DNA of 37,933 nucleotides from a virus: the IMG/VR virus record IMGVR_UViG_3300017598_000360, positions 1 to 37,933 of that record. One strand, written 5' to 3'. The position numbers were made by a program, and so were the translations under genes. This document shows, in pieces, positions 8,987-19,127 of this stretch. Below the pieces are notes generated by a model that ran no database searches, was not told the origin of the DNA, and was given only the letters and a program-made list of their open reading frames with translations. Position 1 is the first letter of the stretch. Each line of letters opens with the position of its first letter.

Positions 8987-9327
8987 TGCTGTAGCTCCAG
9001 ATCACTAATCCTTTTCTCCAGCATCGCTATTCTTGCCTTGTTATCAGGTCTCATTTCAAGCTCTTCTAAGTGCTTTATAATCCAAGGTATCTGGCTGGCA
9101 AAAGTCATAGCTTCCAGCTCGCCAATTCTCCCGCCTAAAATGGCAGACTTAGATAGCGCGCCATTGTCAACACTGGCTTCTACCTCGATTATCGCATCAT
9201 TGCCGCCGCCAGTCCTAAACCATAAATCATGCAAGAACCTTTCTAAGTCTTCAAAGTATTTTCTAACCTCTGGAGTCTTCTGGAGATCAACAGGTATATT
9301 GTATAAGCGCGGGTCAACTTTAGCCAT
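8983..9327 (-). CDS. Small tail-module protein (114 aa) with a C-terminal coiled coil
   Basis: ATG start; TAATG overlap with the upstream gene. Confidence 0.55.
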   Translation of the reverse strand: MAKVDPRLYNIPVDLQKTPEVRKYFEDLERFLHDLWFRTGGGNDAIIEVEASVDNGALSKSAILGGRIGELEAMTFASQIPWIIKHLEELEMRPDNKARIAMLEKRISDLELQQ

Positions 9328-10736
9328 TAAAAGCCAGCCTCCCTAATCTCAATGGATGCGCCGTGAATCGATATAAAAACAGGGTCACTTATTCTTATCT
9401 TGACCATGATCTCATAGGCGCTATCCATGTGATAAATAGTTACTTTCTCGCGTGCCTCGCCTTGCCTGCCTAGCTCAGCAGTACCGATTGGTTTCCATGA
9501 CTTTCCGCCATCCAAAGACACCTCAAACATTGCCTGCGGCTTTTCGCCTTGCCCGGTAACAATGCCCACGCCTGTTTCCATGATGCAAGTAAATGACGAC
9601 ATCTCTATACGGCCCCCCGAGGGAGACACAATAGGAGGGCTGACACGCTCGTTTATGATCACTTCGCCGTTATCGGTGTATGTGTCGGCATCAAGCTCTA
9701 AGACGTTACCACCATCTGCTATGAGCTTCTTACCGTAGCATTCAGCGTATGACGTGCCTATGTACTGGCCTTCATCTGCACCAGTGGACAGTTGAAACCA
9801 TGCGTTACCATCTTCATTGAATGCCCACGTTTTCTCCTCTGTCGGGAAGGTTAAGATATAAAATGACATACCTTCGATATTAGCCATGAACGCTCTAGCA
9901 TCATTAGAAACGTATTTGGAAAACGTAGCGGCTATGGCTGGAGGGGTAATTGGGTGTAGCTGAGCGGCAGAGAACCTATAAACAGTTCCATCTTTTCCGT
10001 GAAAATAAACAAACTGAGTACTGATGGCTACAGAATAAGGTGAATCTATTCCCATTTGCATGGTTCCACCTTGAACACGATCAACAGGCGGGTTGCCTGT
10101 GCCTGAGTTCCACCAAGTCTCTACGGTGTTAATGTCGCCAAAAAGAAATATTCTCTCATTGAAAGTCGCTACTCTTACCGTGTCATCGGGTGCGCTTTCA
10201 GCAGTAGCGAAGTTGTTTGAAGCAATAGAGCCGGGAACGCCAACATCAGAAACTTGAAACTGCCCTCCACCACTCCCACCTACAGGGTTAGAATCATTAA
10301 TCATCTGCTGATTGAGATACGCGACAGAGTTACCTGGGTTTAGATCTGTGTCACTGAGCACAGAAAGAACTCCGCCAGTCACCAGATAATCCTCACCACC
10401 GCTAGCAATCCGCATTGTCACGCCGTCGTCCGTAAATATACAGGGTGCAGAACCTTGAATTGTTCCAAGTGGGGTTTGATTGCCTAGACTGTCTACGCTG
10501 TAAAGTGTGTTGGTAGTGACTTTATAAAGTACGCCTGAGAAGTTATGAATGCCCCTGTCTAATCCACTGCCGGCGCTCCATGCCTTTGACCCATACCATG
10601 AAGTTAGAGCGCTTTCAGTTTTACCAGTGGGCACAAACTCAGGTATTAAATTCATCGTCACCTGACTAGATAGCGATCTAGACCTATGCGTGTAGGATTG
10701 CCCTACGAAATTTACCGGAACGGGGCGAAAGGTCAT
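9327..10736 (-). CDS. P22 gp10-like tail hub / packaged-DNA stabilisation protein
   Basis: 469 aa (I recall P22 gp10 as about 470 aa). Sits after the adaptor. The N-terminal NLIPEF...G..RG....G.LYKV and the C-terminal VKIRISDPVFISIHGASIEIRE resemble gp10 as I remember it. Confidence 0.55.
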   Translation of the reverse strand: MTFRPVPVNFVGQSYTHRSRSLSSQVTMNLIPEFVPTGKTESALTSWYGSKAWSAGSGLDRGIHNFSGVLYKVTTNTLYSVDSLGNQTPLGTIQGSAPCIFTDDGVTMRIASGGEDYLVTGGVLSVLSDTDLNPGNSVAYLNQQMINDSNPVGGSGGGQFQVSDVGVPGSIASNNFATAESAPDDTVRVATFNERIFLFGDINTVETWWNSGTGNPPVDRVQGGTMQMGIDSPYSVAISTQFVYFHGKDGTVYRFSAAQLHPITPPAIAATFSKYVSNDARAFMANIEGMSFYILTFPTEEKTWAFNEDGNAWFQLSTGADEGQYIGTSYAECYGKKLIADGGNVLELDADTYTDNGEVIINERVSPPIVSPSGGRIEMSSFTCIMETGVGIVTGQGEKPQAMFEVSLDGGKSWKPIGTAELGRQGEAREKVTIYHMDSAYEIMVKIRISDPVFISIHGASIEIREAGF

Positions 10737-11368
10737 ACAACCGGCCTTTCGTTGCGCATAATTGGACCTGGGCCATACCGCCCATCAATGTCTGATTTAT
10801 TCGCGCCACGTATAGCACCTATAAAATCAGTGTAGGCAGAGTTGGCGCTTTCTGGGTCTTTTGCCCACCGATACAATGCCCATAAACACCCGGCCAAATA
10901 GATAGTTGGGTAATTGGTTAAAATATCATTGGTTGTATTTGATGAGCTAAGGGGCGCTATTGTTCCAAAATACTGCATTTCTACGTTGTAAACAGCATCA
11001 GGAACACGATTAAACTCAATCTGACTGGTAACACTGAAACCTCCAGGCATACCCGCATCGCTTGATATTGGTAAGACTTCAGGAGGGTAAAAAGTTAATT
11101 CAAATTGATCTGGAGTGGTTGATTTATCGTCAATTAACAACCTGCGCATTCGCGTAAAACGATCAGGGAGCGGTAAAAATCTTTCCGATGTAGATGTATC
11201 GGCAGTGGCTCTAAATTCTTGCTCGCGAACAATCAACGGCTCAACGCGATTATTGTACATTTCTTGCTCTGCAATCAGAATAAAATCATCTATTCTTGAT
11301 TGAACGTCGCTACGGTGAGACCAATCCTGGACAGTGGCCTTTAAATCTGAATAAGTGGCTAAGGCCAT
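10733..11368 (-). CDS. Head-tail adaptor / head completion protein
   Basis: The track start (GTG 11374) was trimmed to ATG 11368, which has a GAGGTG SD 6 nt upstream. The N-terminus MALATYSDLKATVQDWSHRSDVQSRIDDFILIAEQEMY is typical of phage adaptor proteins (from memory). ATGA overlap with the hub gene. Confidence 0.55.
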   Translation of the reverse strand: MALATYSDLKATVQDWSHRSDVQSRIDDFILIAEQEMYNNRVEPLIVREQEFRATADTSTSERFLPLPDRFTRMRRLLIDDKSTTPDQFELTFYPPEVLPISSDAGMPGGFSVTSQIEFNRVPDAVYNVEMQYFGTIAPLSSSNTTNDILTNYPTIYLAGCLWALYRWAKDPESANSAYTDFIGAIRGANKSDIDGRYGPGPIMRNERPVV

Positions 11369-11383
11369 TGTCACACCTCATAA

Positions 11384-11581
11384 CTAAGATTTGTCTTTTT
11401 TATTCATCAAGCTGGGTATTTCTAAAGGGATGTACTTTGGTTCTGGTAGCGGTTTTGGTTTACCCTTCGTTAGCTTTTCCATCCAATTAGAACTGAAAGC
11501 ATCAGAAGGGCAATCAAACTTGTCCCCAGGGCGGCGATATACGCCACCGAAGAAACCTCGCTTAATTGCCCTAACCCGCAT
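11384..11581 (-). CDS. Small basic protein (65 aa) in the head module
   Basis: ATG overlaps the upstream TGA by 1 nt. The plus-strand ORF 11391..11588 is its antisense shadow. Confidence 0.5.
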   Translation of the reverse strand: MRVRAIKRGFFGGVYRRPGDKFDCPSDAFSSNWMEKLTKGKPKPLPEPKYIPLEIPSLMNKKDKS

Positions 11582-12054
11582 CAGTTAATTGTCACGTTGT
11601 CAGCATGAGAAACATACTGTGAAACGTCACATAGTGGAGCAATCCACGCATCAACTGTTATGGTGGGAGATGTTCCCGCTAAGGTGTAACGCACACCAAG
11701 GAAGTCACCGTCTTCATCATCCATAGTAGGAGGAATTGGAATGGCGAACACGAAGCCAGCCACAAGCAAATCAGCGTCCTGTGCTGGAGCGCCTGGCGTG
11801 CCAGATTCAAAGATTCTACGACCCATCAATTGAACACCTGCGTCCTGAGCGGCGGCAGTAGCGTATTCAACATCAAAAGTGTAGTCCTCGTCACCAGTGG
11901 TTTGATCAGCATCAACACCGACAGAAAAAACAACTGCCATTGGCTCACCGTTACCAACTCCGCGTGCGACTTCGATGTCTACCACGTTAGTTCCGACTGC
12001 CGTAGCGGTTAACGCTTGAGCATCGGATAGCTTTAACAACTTATCAATATACAT
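11581..12054 (-). CDS. Bbp16-like capsid cement / decoration protein
   Basis: 157 aa, immediately after the major capsid gene. The N-terminus MYIDKLLKLSDAQALTATAVGTNVVDIEVARGVGNGEPMAVVFSV matches my memory of the Bbp16 cement family. Confidence 0.6.
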   Translation of the reverse strand: MYIDKLLKLSDAQALTATAVGTNVVDIEVARGVGNGEPMAVVFSVGVDADQTTGDEDYTFDVEYATAAAQDAGVQLMGRRIFESGTPGAPAQDADLLVAGFVFAIPIPPTMDDEDGDFLGVRYTLAGTSPTITVDAWIAPLCDVSQYVSHADNVTIN

Positions 12055-12064
12055 AATATTCTCC

Positions 12065-13081
12065 TTATACCACTCGGGCTTCAGCTACAGTCAAAGTGTC
12101 AACCAGGCGAACCGGGATACCTAAGAAAGTAAGTTGGTGAATGGTTGCGCCGAACTGGTTTATAGCTGGCTCAATCAAAGCGGCTGCGTTACTCGTGTCT
12201 AGCGCCATTACTCGCAAATGCGAAGCGAGCGTTCTATTTACATAGAATACAGGCCTAACATTTGTCAATGATGGCAAGTGATCAATGGCGCGTGACATTA
12301 GCTTGTGAACTGCCGTCGCTGCCGTAATCGCTTGAGTTCCAGACTTAGCCACCAAATCAGAGTTATCAATGTTCGCAATACGAACACCGTAACGCCAATC
12401 AGCAACAACTAGACCGCTTTTCCACTTAAACAGATCTTTATATGCTCTAAATGGATTCCCATCAGAATCATCAACATCATCTATTCCCAAATCCTCATGA
12501 GAAAGTCCAGCGTTTGACCCTTTAGGGAACACTGTGTAGATGGTGTTAGTAGACCAGCCAATTAACCATGCAGACATATTGTCTGTACTGGTTCCGCCTG
12601 CATCAATAATGTTATCAGCATTTTCAGCCGACAAACTATTGTAGCGGTTTGATAGACCGACATACTCTTCAGGATTAGCGGCCGAGCCATACATCAAAGT
12701 AGTAGCTTGCGCCTGAGACATTGATTCCATGTGTGCCTGGGCCATCTGTAAGCGGTATGCGTTAACATCCCCCTCAAGAGAAGCCTGGTCAACATCAACA
12801 TGTGAGCGACTTTCGAGCATTGCTGCGTTCTCGGTCACTTGTGCCGTGGTTGCCTTGCTTGGTGGGGTACCGGCATTAATCATACGATAGTATGAAGTCG
12901 GTAAACCTGTTCGAATTGTGACGCGCTCACCAGTCGGTAGGTTGCCCTCTTTTACAACCGCATCCTCAAGGATAGAGTTGGTTTGTGATAGCATCTCAAC
13001 GATGCGTGCTGTTTTGCCATCTGGATCACGGGTTTTAGCCCAGTCCAGCATAGTTGGCATTGTTACACCTAAAGTAGCCAT
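12065..13081 (-). CDS. Major capsid protein
   Basis: 338 aa, directly after the scaffold gene (TAATG overlap). The N-terminus MLDWAKTRDPDGKTARIVEMLSQTNSILEDAVVKEGNLPTGERVTIRTGLPT is typical of a capsid family seen in epsilon15/BPP-1-like phages (from memory). Confidence 0.85.
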   Translation of the reverse strand: MATLGVTMPTMLDWAKTRDPDGKTARIVEMLSQTNSILEDAVVKEGNLPTGERVTIRTGLPTSYYRMINAGTPPSKATTAQVTENAAMLESRSHVDVDQASLEGDVNAYRLQMAQAHMESMSQAQATTLMYGSAANPEEYVGLSNRYNSLSAENADNIIDAGGTSTDNMSAWLIGWSTNTIYTVFPKGSNAGLSHEDLGIDDVDDSDGNPFRAYKDLFKWKSGLVVADWRYGVRIANIDNSDLVAKSGTQAITAATAVHKLMSRAIDHLPSLTNVRPVFYVNRTLASHLRVMALDTSNAAALIEPAINQFGATIHQLTFLGIPVRLVDTLTVAEARVV

Positions 13082-13911
13082 TATTTAGCTCCGTAGAAAA
13101 GTTCTGAATCACTTTTAGCCTTTGCCTTAGTGACCTTTTTGGCGATGACTTTCTTGCTTGCTTTAGTCTTTCGCTTTGTTTCCGCAGTTCTGGACTGTTT
13201 AAGCTCGCGATACTTGCCAGCGTCGATTAATGCTCTAATAACCTTGTGATCAGAGAGCTTGTTGAGGTCTTCGTTAGAGTAGCCAATTTCACCCGCATAT
13301 TTCAGAGCAGTATCTACGTCTGATTTTTGTGTTGCCTGACCTTTTTTAGGGTCGGCCCACTCAGTCATGACACTGATTAACTTCTGGTTTTCATCGGCTT
13401 GAACTGTTTTTAAAGCGTCCGCTTGTTTGCTCTTAGCGCCTTTAAGCTTCTTCTTTCTGGCATCAATGAGTTCTTTTCTACGCAAATATTCGACGTAGTC
13501 ATCCTCTTTCAGCTCTTTCAGTTCCTCGTCACTTTCCTCGTTCACGATTAAAGATTCAAATTCACTAATAAACGTAGATAAATCAGAACTCAGCGCTTCT
13601 ATCTGCTTTTTCTCGCCTGCTAGTGCTTGTGTCTTCTTCGTGTAATCGGCGTGCATCAACTGTTGATCTTTCATAGTGTCGAATTCTTCGCGGGTCATCT
13701 CAACGCCAAAAACGTCTAGAGATTCCGGTTCGCCTTCGTCTTCTTCTGTATCTTCAGTTTCCTCATCGTCCAACTCTTCGAGATCTTCTTCAATCTCGGA
13801 GCTTTCTACATCTTCTTCGGTTTCGGTTTGGTCCGTAGACTCCTGTTCCGTAGCAGATGGATAAAATACATTTGTTACTTCTTCGCTAGTTTCGCTAAGA
13901 TTTTCTAGCAT
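13081..13911 (-). CDS. Scaffolding protein
   Basis: 276 aa with a very acidic N-terminus, a coiled-coil middle and a Lys-rich C-terminus. Lies between the portal region and the capsid gene. Confidence 0.7.
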   Translation of the reverse strand: MLENLSETSEEVTNVFYPSATEQESTDQTETEEDVESSEIEEDLEELDDEETEDTEEDEGEPESLDVFGVEMTREEFDTMKDQQLMHADYTKKTQALAGEKKQIEALSSDLSTFISEFESLIVNEESDEELKELKEDDYVEYLRRKELIDARKKKLKGAKSKQADALKTVQADENQKLISVMTEWADPKKGQATQKSDVDTALKYAGEIGYSNEDLNKLSDHKVIRALIDAGKYRELKQSRTAETKRKTKASKKVIAKKVTKAKAKSDSELFYGAK

Positions 13912-14213
13912 CGATTATACCTGTTTGGGTTTTTGATTCGATCAAGAAGGTTGTCCTCCGCAAAGGTTCCTTCCTGCATGACCTGCTCCAAAACTTCTTG
14001 GATCTTGTTAACGCTCTGAAGAGAACGCACAAGTTCCACGATAGCCTCATTATCCCCTATTATTGGGGTGTTTGCCAATTCGTCAAAGATCCTGCCTTTT
14101 ATTGACGTAACGGCAAATTCATAAGCTTTGTTTTCTATAACCTTTTTGGCTTCCGCGCCGAATATGTGAGCTGCCTCCAATGTCGTTACCGCCTCGCTTT
14201 TGTCTTCGCTCAT
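13905..14213 (-). CDS. Hypothetical head-module protein (102 aa)
   Basis: ATG start; 7-nt overlap with the scaffold gene. Confidence 0.55.
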   Translation of the reverse strand: MSEDKSEAVTTLEAAHIFGAEAKKVIENKAYEFAVTSIKGRIFDELANTPIIGDNEAIVELVRSLQSVNKIQEVLEQVMQEGTFAEDNLLDRIKNPNRYNRC

Positions 14214-14222
14214 TGTTGCCTC

Positions 14223-15500
14223 TTATATTGGTGAAAATATTTCTGTTAAAGCTCTGGCACCCGCACCAGCTGCAGCCCCAACTTCAGGCGATATATTAGA
14301 ACCGGCTTTATTTGCTGCATCACCTACAGTCTTAGATAGAAATTGATTAACCGCATCTACCGACCCTAGAATTGGCATAAGCTTCTGTATTATTTCTTTA
14401 CCTTCATCTGTGCTTGGTTCGCGTATGAATGCTTTTGATACCGGATCAATAGCGCCAGCATCGCCGGTAACAATGCCAGTAATTCCGCCAACCGACATAC
14501 CGAGCAATCCACTCCCAACTGTAGCAAGGACGTCAAGCGCCCCTTTTGCTTGATCCGCTGTAAATAGTGGCTCGCCTTCTTTGTATGGCTGTTCGTTAGC
14601 TTTGGCTTTAGCTTCTGCGCTTTGTGGCTGTAGTAGACCGCCTAGACCTAGCAAGCCTAGAGCGCCACCCGTTACCGCTCCCTTTGTTGATGGCAGTGAT
14701 TCAAGCATATCTGAGAATTTAAAATCTTTACCGATAATTATTTCTTCATCCCACCCGCCACCATGCCCAATACTCCTGTTATATTCTCTTTGCGCTGTAT
14801 TTGGCAACTCATGGTTTGAAACTCTTATAGTTTTTCCATCCTTTTTAAAATAAAGGCTAGATGCTCGTCCACCTTCTGTTGATTTGTGGGACAACTCCCA
14901 CCCATCTGATTTTAATTTACGATTTACAGCACCTAGATTCGCTTGCACAACCTCAAAACCTGGGCTTCCATCTATATCAATTTGGCTCTCTATTCTTTTT
15001 TTATCGGCATTAGTCCAAAATTTAGAATTATCACTATTTAATAATCGATCCTTTTTATTATCAATTAGCTTGGAATCCTTTAGCCTGCTAAGCCTTGTTT
15101 TTAGTGGCAATTGATTTCTTGGTTTAGCGTGCTTCCTTTCTTCTCTTTTGCCTGCCACATCCTTTCTTAAATCTTTTATATTTTCTGGTAACCGTTTAAC
15201 CTGCTTGCTTGGCAGTTGAGACTTCATGTAATCAGCCTTGGCAGTTTTTCGCAACCCTTTAGATAGCGCCCCCGCCTCTGCATCATCGCTCGCGCCCATA
15301 GCAGCAACACCAGCAACACCAGCAACAAAGCCTAGTCGGTTCGCCCTTTCCATTCTGCTAGCTTTATCCATTGGCAGACCGGTTAAGCTTTCCACCTCAT
15401 TCCAATTGACCTTTATAGAATTCTCAATGTCTGGAAGCTTGGTATTTGTCGGGAACTCAATCACCTTATCTAAGCCTTTTATTAGAACTCTAATTCCCAT
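14223..15500 (-). CDS. Minor head / ejected-protein candidate (425 aa)
   Basis: ATG at 15500 overlaps the portal stop by 11 nt. Gly/Ala-rich hydrophobic stretches (GFVAGVAGVAAMGA, GGALGLLGLGGLL, GSGLLGMSVGGITGIVTG) flank a basic central domain. Confidence 0.5.
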   Translation of the reverse strand: MGIRVLIKGLDKVIEFPTNTKLPDIENSIKVNWNEVESLTGLPMDKASRMERANRLGFVAGVAGVAAMGASDDAEAGALSKGLRKTAKADYMKSQLPSKQVKRLPENIKDLRKDVAGKREERKHAKPRNQLPLKTRLSRLKDSKLIDNKKDRLLNSDNSKFWTNADKKRIESQIDIDGSPGFEVVQANLGAVNRKLKSDGWELSHKSTEGGRASSLYFKKDGKTIRVSNHELPNTAQREYNRSIGHGGGWDEEIIIGKDFKFSDMLESLPSTKGAVTGGALGLLGLGGLLQPQSAEAKAKANEQPYKEGEPLFTADQAKGALDVLATVGSGLLGMSVGGITGIVTGDAGAIDPVSKAFIREPSTDEGKEIIQKLMPILGSVDAVNQFLSKTVGDAANKAGSNISPEVGAAAGAGARALTEIFSPI

Positions 15501-17568
15501 TAGTTATAGCCCCAGTAGAAGGATCGAAAACCATGTCATAATCTTGGCCTTTGCCTTCTATGTCTGTGCTGTATTTAAGTTCCAGCTCGGTATATTTCTG
15601 CTCTAAATCTGCAATAGCTTGATTGGCTTCTGCCATCTCGTTAACGTTAAATTGGCGCTTCTTCTCGTCTAGCTCTGCAATCTTAAGATTTAAGTTACCC
15701 TGAGCTATTGCAATCTTCCCTTGTTGCTCGACCATTGCCGCTTCAGCTAGTGGGTTTTGCTGTGCCTGCTGTTGTAGCTGGAAGTTTTCAATTTGAAGCT
15801 TTTCGATCTGAGCCTGCATCATCTCTTCAGGGACTTCAGGGTCATTAAAGAACTGGCTGGTATCGCCCTCCTCCATGGCCTTGGTCATTCTATCAAGGAT
15901 GTTGTACTGCTTTTTCATGTCCGTTAAAGGCGATCTACCTGCCTGTAATTGCTGGCTAATTTGCAACAATCCAGTCATATTTGTCATTACATTTTCATTA
16001 TCACCAGCCGCCAAACCAACGTTACAAACCATAGGCTGATCAGATAGCCACTTCCGAGGGTCAACAGTGAGTGGTTTGCCGAGAACCATAACCTCAGTAG
16101 CAGTTTTTTGGAAATGTGATACCGTCCAAAGCATTCCACAAAACAATTCTCTGAACCCTGTTTCGGCCATGCATCGAGCTATCAATTCAGTTTTAGAGTT
16201 TGCCGCATCCTGCACGCCTTCGAATCTTGTTGCTGTTTCGTTTCCGAGCTTGTCACTATCCAACGCCTGATTAGCCATTAATGAGCCGGTTCTTTGCGCT
16301 CTAGCTGAATCAGCGTATTGGAGCACCATCAACGATTTATCACCGATAAACGGAACAGGCAACGGGGCCATTGACTGAAGTGGGTTGCCTTCTCCCTTAA
16401 CCCTAACAACGCCACCAAGCCTTTGAGTCAGCAAGTCGTCCATGTTTACGTTTTGATTCGCCGCCATTCTAGCGCTATTAACCTGATACATATTCATCAT
16501 GGTTTGACGAAGCAAGGTGGTTTTGATGTCTTGAGTTTCAACCGTTACTTCTGCTGTGCTTCTTCCGATAGCTTGTCCTGGCATTAGTATCGATGAAAGC
16601 ATGGCATAGGGCGCTATCTCATAGGTATAGTCTTCTAGTAATGTAGCTCCAACCCTTAATACTTTGAGCCTTTCCGCTATTCCATCGCCATCACGGTCAA
16701 CCTTAACATATCTGGTTTCAAGCTTTACCAGTTCCCCGGTCCAATGATAACTATTGCCCTGATCGGTTCCGCCTTGCTCTCTGGTCCGTTCCTGCCGGTT
16801 AACGCTGTCGGTTGAATCAATTGATGCTAGGTCTTGTACAAGCTCCTTGCTGTACCCCATCGCCACCAAATCAGACTTGGTTACTATGCAGTCATGACCT
16901 GTCATTTGGGCATCATCTACACTAGAAGTCCCGCGAGTTATGACAAAATCATCTGGATCAATATATCTAACGAAATACCGCCCAACAGTCTTTTTAACAG
17001 TTACCTTTAGATCATGTAAGTCGTCATTCTCTTCACGTTCTATCTCTTCAAATTCTACTTCCGCGCCTTCCCTTTCTCTTAGTAGATGGAAGGTTATTTT
17101 TATCTCCTCCAGTTCTTTTTCATCTAGCGCGGAATAATCAATAACTTTTACAGTGTCTTCTTCTTCATAGCCAAAAGTAACAGCGCTGTATTTGTAGATT
17201 AACGCGCCTTTGATCCAGTCAAATATAGTCTTGAATGATGATGGTTGATTCCTGACTAAATAATTTATGTACTTGGTTTTTTCTTCTGAAGTAGCGCGTT
17301 CTAAATCCGTAGGCTTGATTGGCTTAAACTTATGGATCTCGTTAACGCCTAAAAAAACCTGAGCTAAGCTGGGCGTGATTGATTCAACAACATCATAAAC
17401 ATCGGTAGATTGAACTTTGGACTCATCGGTTACCTCATTCCAAGGGTTAGCCATATATCTATCGTAATACTCTCGATTGAGCGCGTTTAGCTCATCAGAG
17501 GCGTGAATAGAATTAGCTTCTGCTGAATCCAAGTAACTGAGTAAATCATCATCATTCATCTTAGCCAT
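15490..17568 (-). CDS. Portal protein
   Basis: 692 aa, immediately downstream of TerL (TAATG overlap). The long C-terminal coiled coil (QAQIEKLQIENFQLQQQAQQ...LEQKYTELELKY) resembles the P22-type portal barrel. Confidence 0.85.
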   Translation of the reverse strand: MAKMNDDDLLSYLDSAEANSIHASDELNALNREYYDRYMANPWNEVTDESKVQSTDVYDVVESITPSLAQVFLGVNEIHKFKPIKPTDLERATSEEKTKYINYLVRNQPSSFKTIFDWIKGALIYKYSAVTFGYEEEDTVKVIDYSALDEKELEEIKITFHLLREREGAEVEFEEIEREENDDLHDLKVTVKKTVGRYFVRYIDPDDFVITRGTSSVDDAQMTGHDCIVTKSDLVAMGYSKELVQDLASIDSTDSVNRQERTREQGGTDQGNSYHWTGELVKLETRYVKVDRDGDGIAERLKVLRVGATLLEDYTYEIAPYAMLSSILMPGQAIGRSTAEVTVETQDIKTTLLRQTMMNMYQVNSARMAANQNVNMDDLLTQRLGGVVRVKGEGNPLQSMAPLPVPFIGDKSLMVLQYADSARAQRTGSLMANQALDSDKLGNETATRFEGVQDAANSKTELIARCMAETGFRELFCGMLWTVSHFQKTATEVMVLGKPLTVDPRKWLSDQPMVCNVGLAAGDNENVMTNMTGLLQISQQLQAGRSPLTDMKKQYNILDRMTKAMEEGDTSQFFNDPEVPEEMMQAQIEKLQIENFQLQQQAQQNPLAEAAMVEQQGKIAIAQGNLNLKIAELDEKKRQFNVNEMAEANQAIADLEQKYTELELKYSTDIEGKGQDYDMVFDPSTGAITNGN

Positions 17569-19127
17569 TACACTACGCGCCTTTGCTTATAATCGAGGTC
17601 TTTCTTAAAAGAATTGCTTATTGATACAGGTTCTGCGAATGTTAGCGCCCCAGCGTCCCCGTAATCAGGGCTAAAGCCATATTCTTTCTTAATCCGCTCC
17701 TTTGCCCATAATACCTTAAGATCGTTAGAATCTCTATTGTACGGGCTTGCGCATAGGTCAGCCTGTATCTCGTCATCATCCGGTATCTGTGGCGGCATAT
17801 CCTCATCATTAACCCATATCGCCATTTCTCCCCATATTTCATTGCGTTTGTTTTTGTATTTCACTGGGTTTAGTGGAGTAGAACCAAAATGAACAGCCTT
17901 TACCCTTTCTTCGTAACCTAGCTCATGTAGTCGGTCTACAATGTCAGCGCCAGCGCCATAATCAACAAACATTTTATCAGGAACCTTGCCTGCTATAGGA
18001 TCTGGTGTATCAAGGATTTCCTTACATATGGCAACATTCTTCCCTAACTTGTCGCATTGCTCGCCAATGTATGACTTTTGGCCGTACATCTTGCGCCCTT
18101 GCCTTCTCATAATTGCGAATCTATCACCGCCTCTTGATGGATCAACGCCAACAATAAGCGGCCCATTGCCGTTAACCTCGTTTTTTCTAACCCTCATGCA
18201 TTGATCGGCATTGATTAACGTATCGCCACCGCCTGTAACCTGGAAAGCTTCGGCGGCATTCATTGGATATTCTTGCTTAAACGCCTTCTTCCCATCAACG
18301 CCATCAACGGTAAGTTCTGCAACCTTCATCCGTCGCCAAAATAGCTGCTCATCAGTTAAATTATAGTGTTCTTTTATCTTTTGTTCGTAATCATCAAGAA
18401 CAAGGCCGCTTTCAGGTAGCTTCTTTGAATATTCTTTTTGCCAGAACCAAGGAACAAATATAGGAATGAACTCACTAAGCCCTTTTTCAGCTAACTTCCA
18501 TTGTTCGTGATAGTAGTTACCGACACCATTAGCAGTTGATTCTAAAATGACTTCCGTATCATCGCCATCAGGTACGGCCTGCATTATCCCTTTTGTGTGA
18601 TCCCCTGCATTCATCCAGAATGCCACCTCTGAGCCGTGAAAATACTGTATTGTTTGGCCCCGTCCTACCGCCTTGTTGCCTGCCGTCCCTATCTTGTAAC
18701 CCGAATCAAGTCCATCGAAGTACAATTCCTTAGCATTGGATGCGCCCAAGCTTGGTTTTATGTGTGCTGGTAGATTAGTGTAGTAGCGGTCAGCCATTTC
18801 GAAAAGCGCGTTAGTAGACTCACCATCATGGGTAAGTATGAACGCTCTAACACCTTTGTTGTGGGTAGTCTTCCATGTATAGCGCCCCTCAACATAAGTT
18901 GATATGCCTTGCTGCCTGCCCTTTAGAACTAGCGCCCTGATCTTTCCGGTTTTGCGCTTCTGTTCTTCTATCTGGTTATGGACGTATTGCTGAGCTGAGT
19001 TTAAAGCGAATGGTTGCTTGCCTTCTGTCTTAGTTCTGATCTTTAGACAGTTGCGAGCATAAAAGGAAAAGTCATCTTTAAGCCGTTGGCGTGCTTGTTG
19101 CGGATTCAAATAAGCGACTCCAACCAC
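17568..19127 (-). CDS. terL: Terminase large subunit
   Basis: 519 aa following TerS. ATPase-like LKGRQQGISTY and nuclease-like VGVDPSRGGDRFAIM motifs. The track start 19127 is GTG. An in-frame TTG at 19109 forms a TTGA overlap with the TerS stop, so the start is uncertain by 18 nt. Confidence 0.85.
   Translation of the reverse strand: MVGVAYLNPQQARQRLKDDFSFYARNCLKIRTKTEGKQPFALNSAQQYVHNQIEEQKRKTGKIRALVLKGRQQGISTYVEGRYTWKTTHNKGVRAFILTHDGESTNALFEMADRYYTNLPAHIKPSLGASNAKELYFDGLDSGYKIGTAGNKAVGRGQTIQYFHGSEVAFWMNAGDHTKGIMQAVPDGDDTEVILESTANGVGNYYHEQWKLAEKGLSEFIPIFVPWFWQKEYSKKLPESGLVLDDYEQKIKEHYNLTDEQLFWRRMKVAELTVDGVDGKKAFKQEYPMNAAEAFQVTGGGDTLINADQCMRVRKNEVNGNGPLIVGVDPSRGGDRFAIMRRQGRKMYGQKSYIGEQCDKLGKNVAICKEILDTPDPIAGKVPDKMFVDYGAGADIVDRLHELGYEERVKAVHFGSTPLNPVKYKNKRNEIWGEMAIWVNDEDMPPQIPDDDEIQADLCASPYNRDSNDLKVLWAKERIKKEYGFSPDYGDAGALTFAEPVSISNSFKKDLDYKQRRVV

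Noticed and set aside
11581-13081. The BPP-1-like head genes suggested looking for a diversity-generating retroelement (RT, TR/VR pair).
   Set aside because: No ORF has reverse-transcriptase motifs (no YxDD), and I saw no ~100-bp imperfect A-variable repeat pair at the 3' end of any tail or fibre gene.
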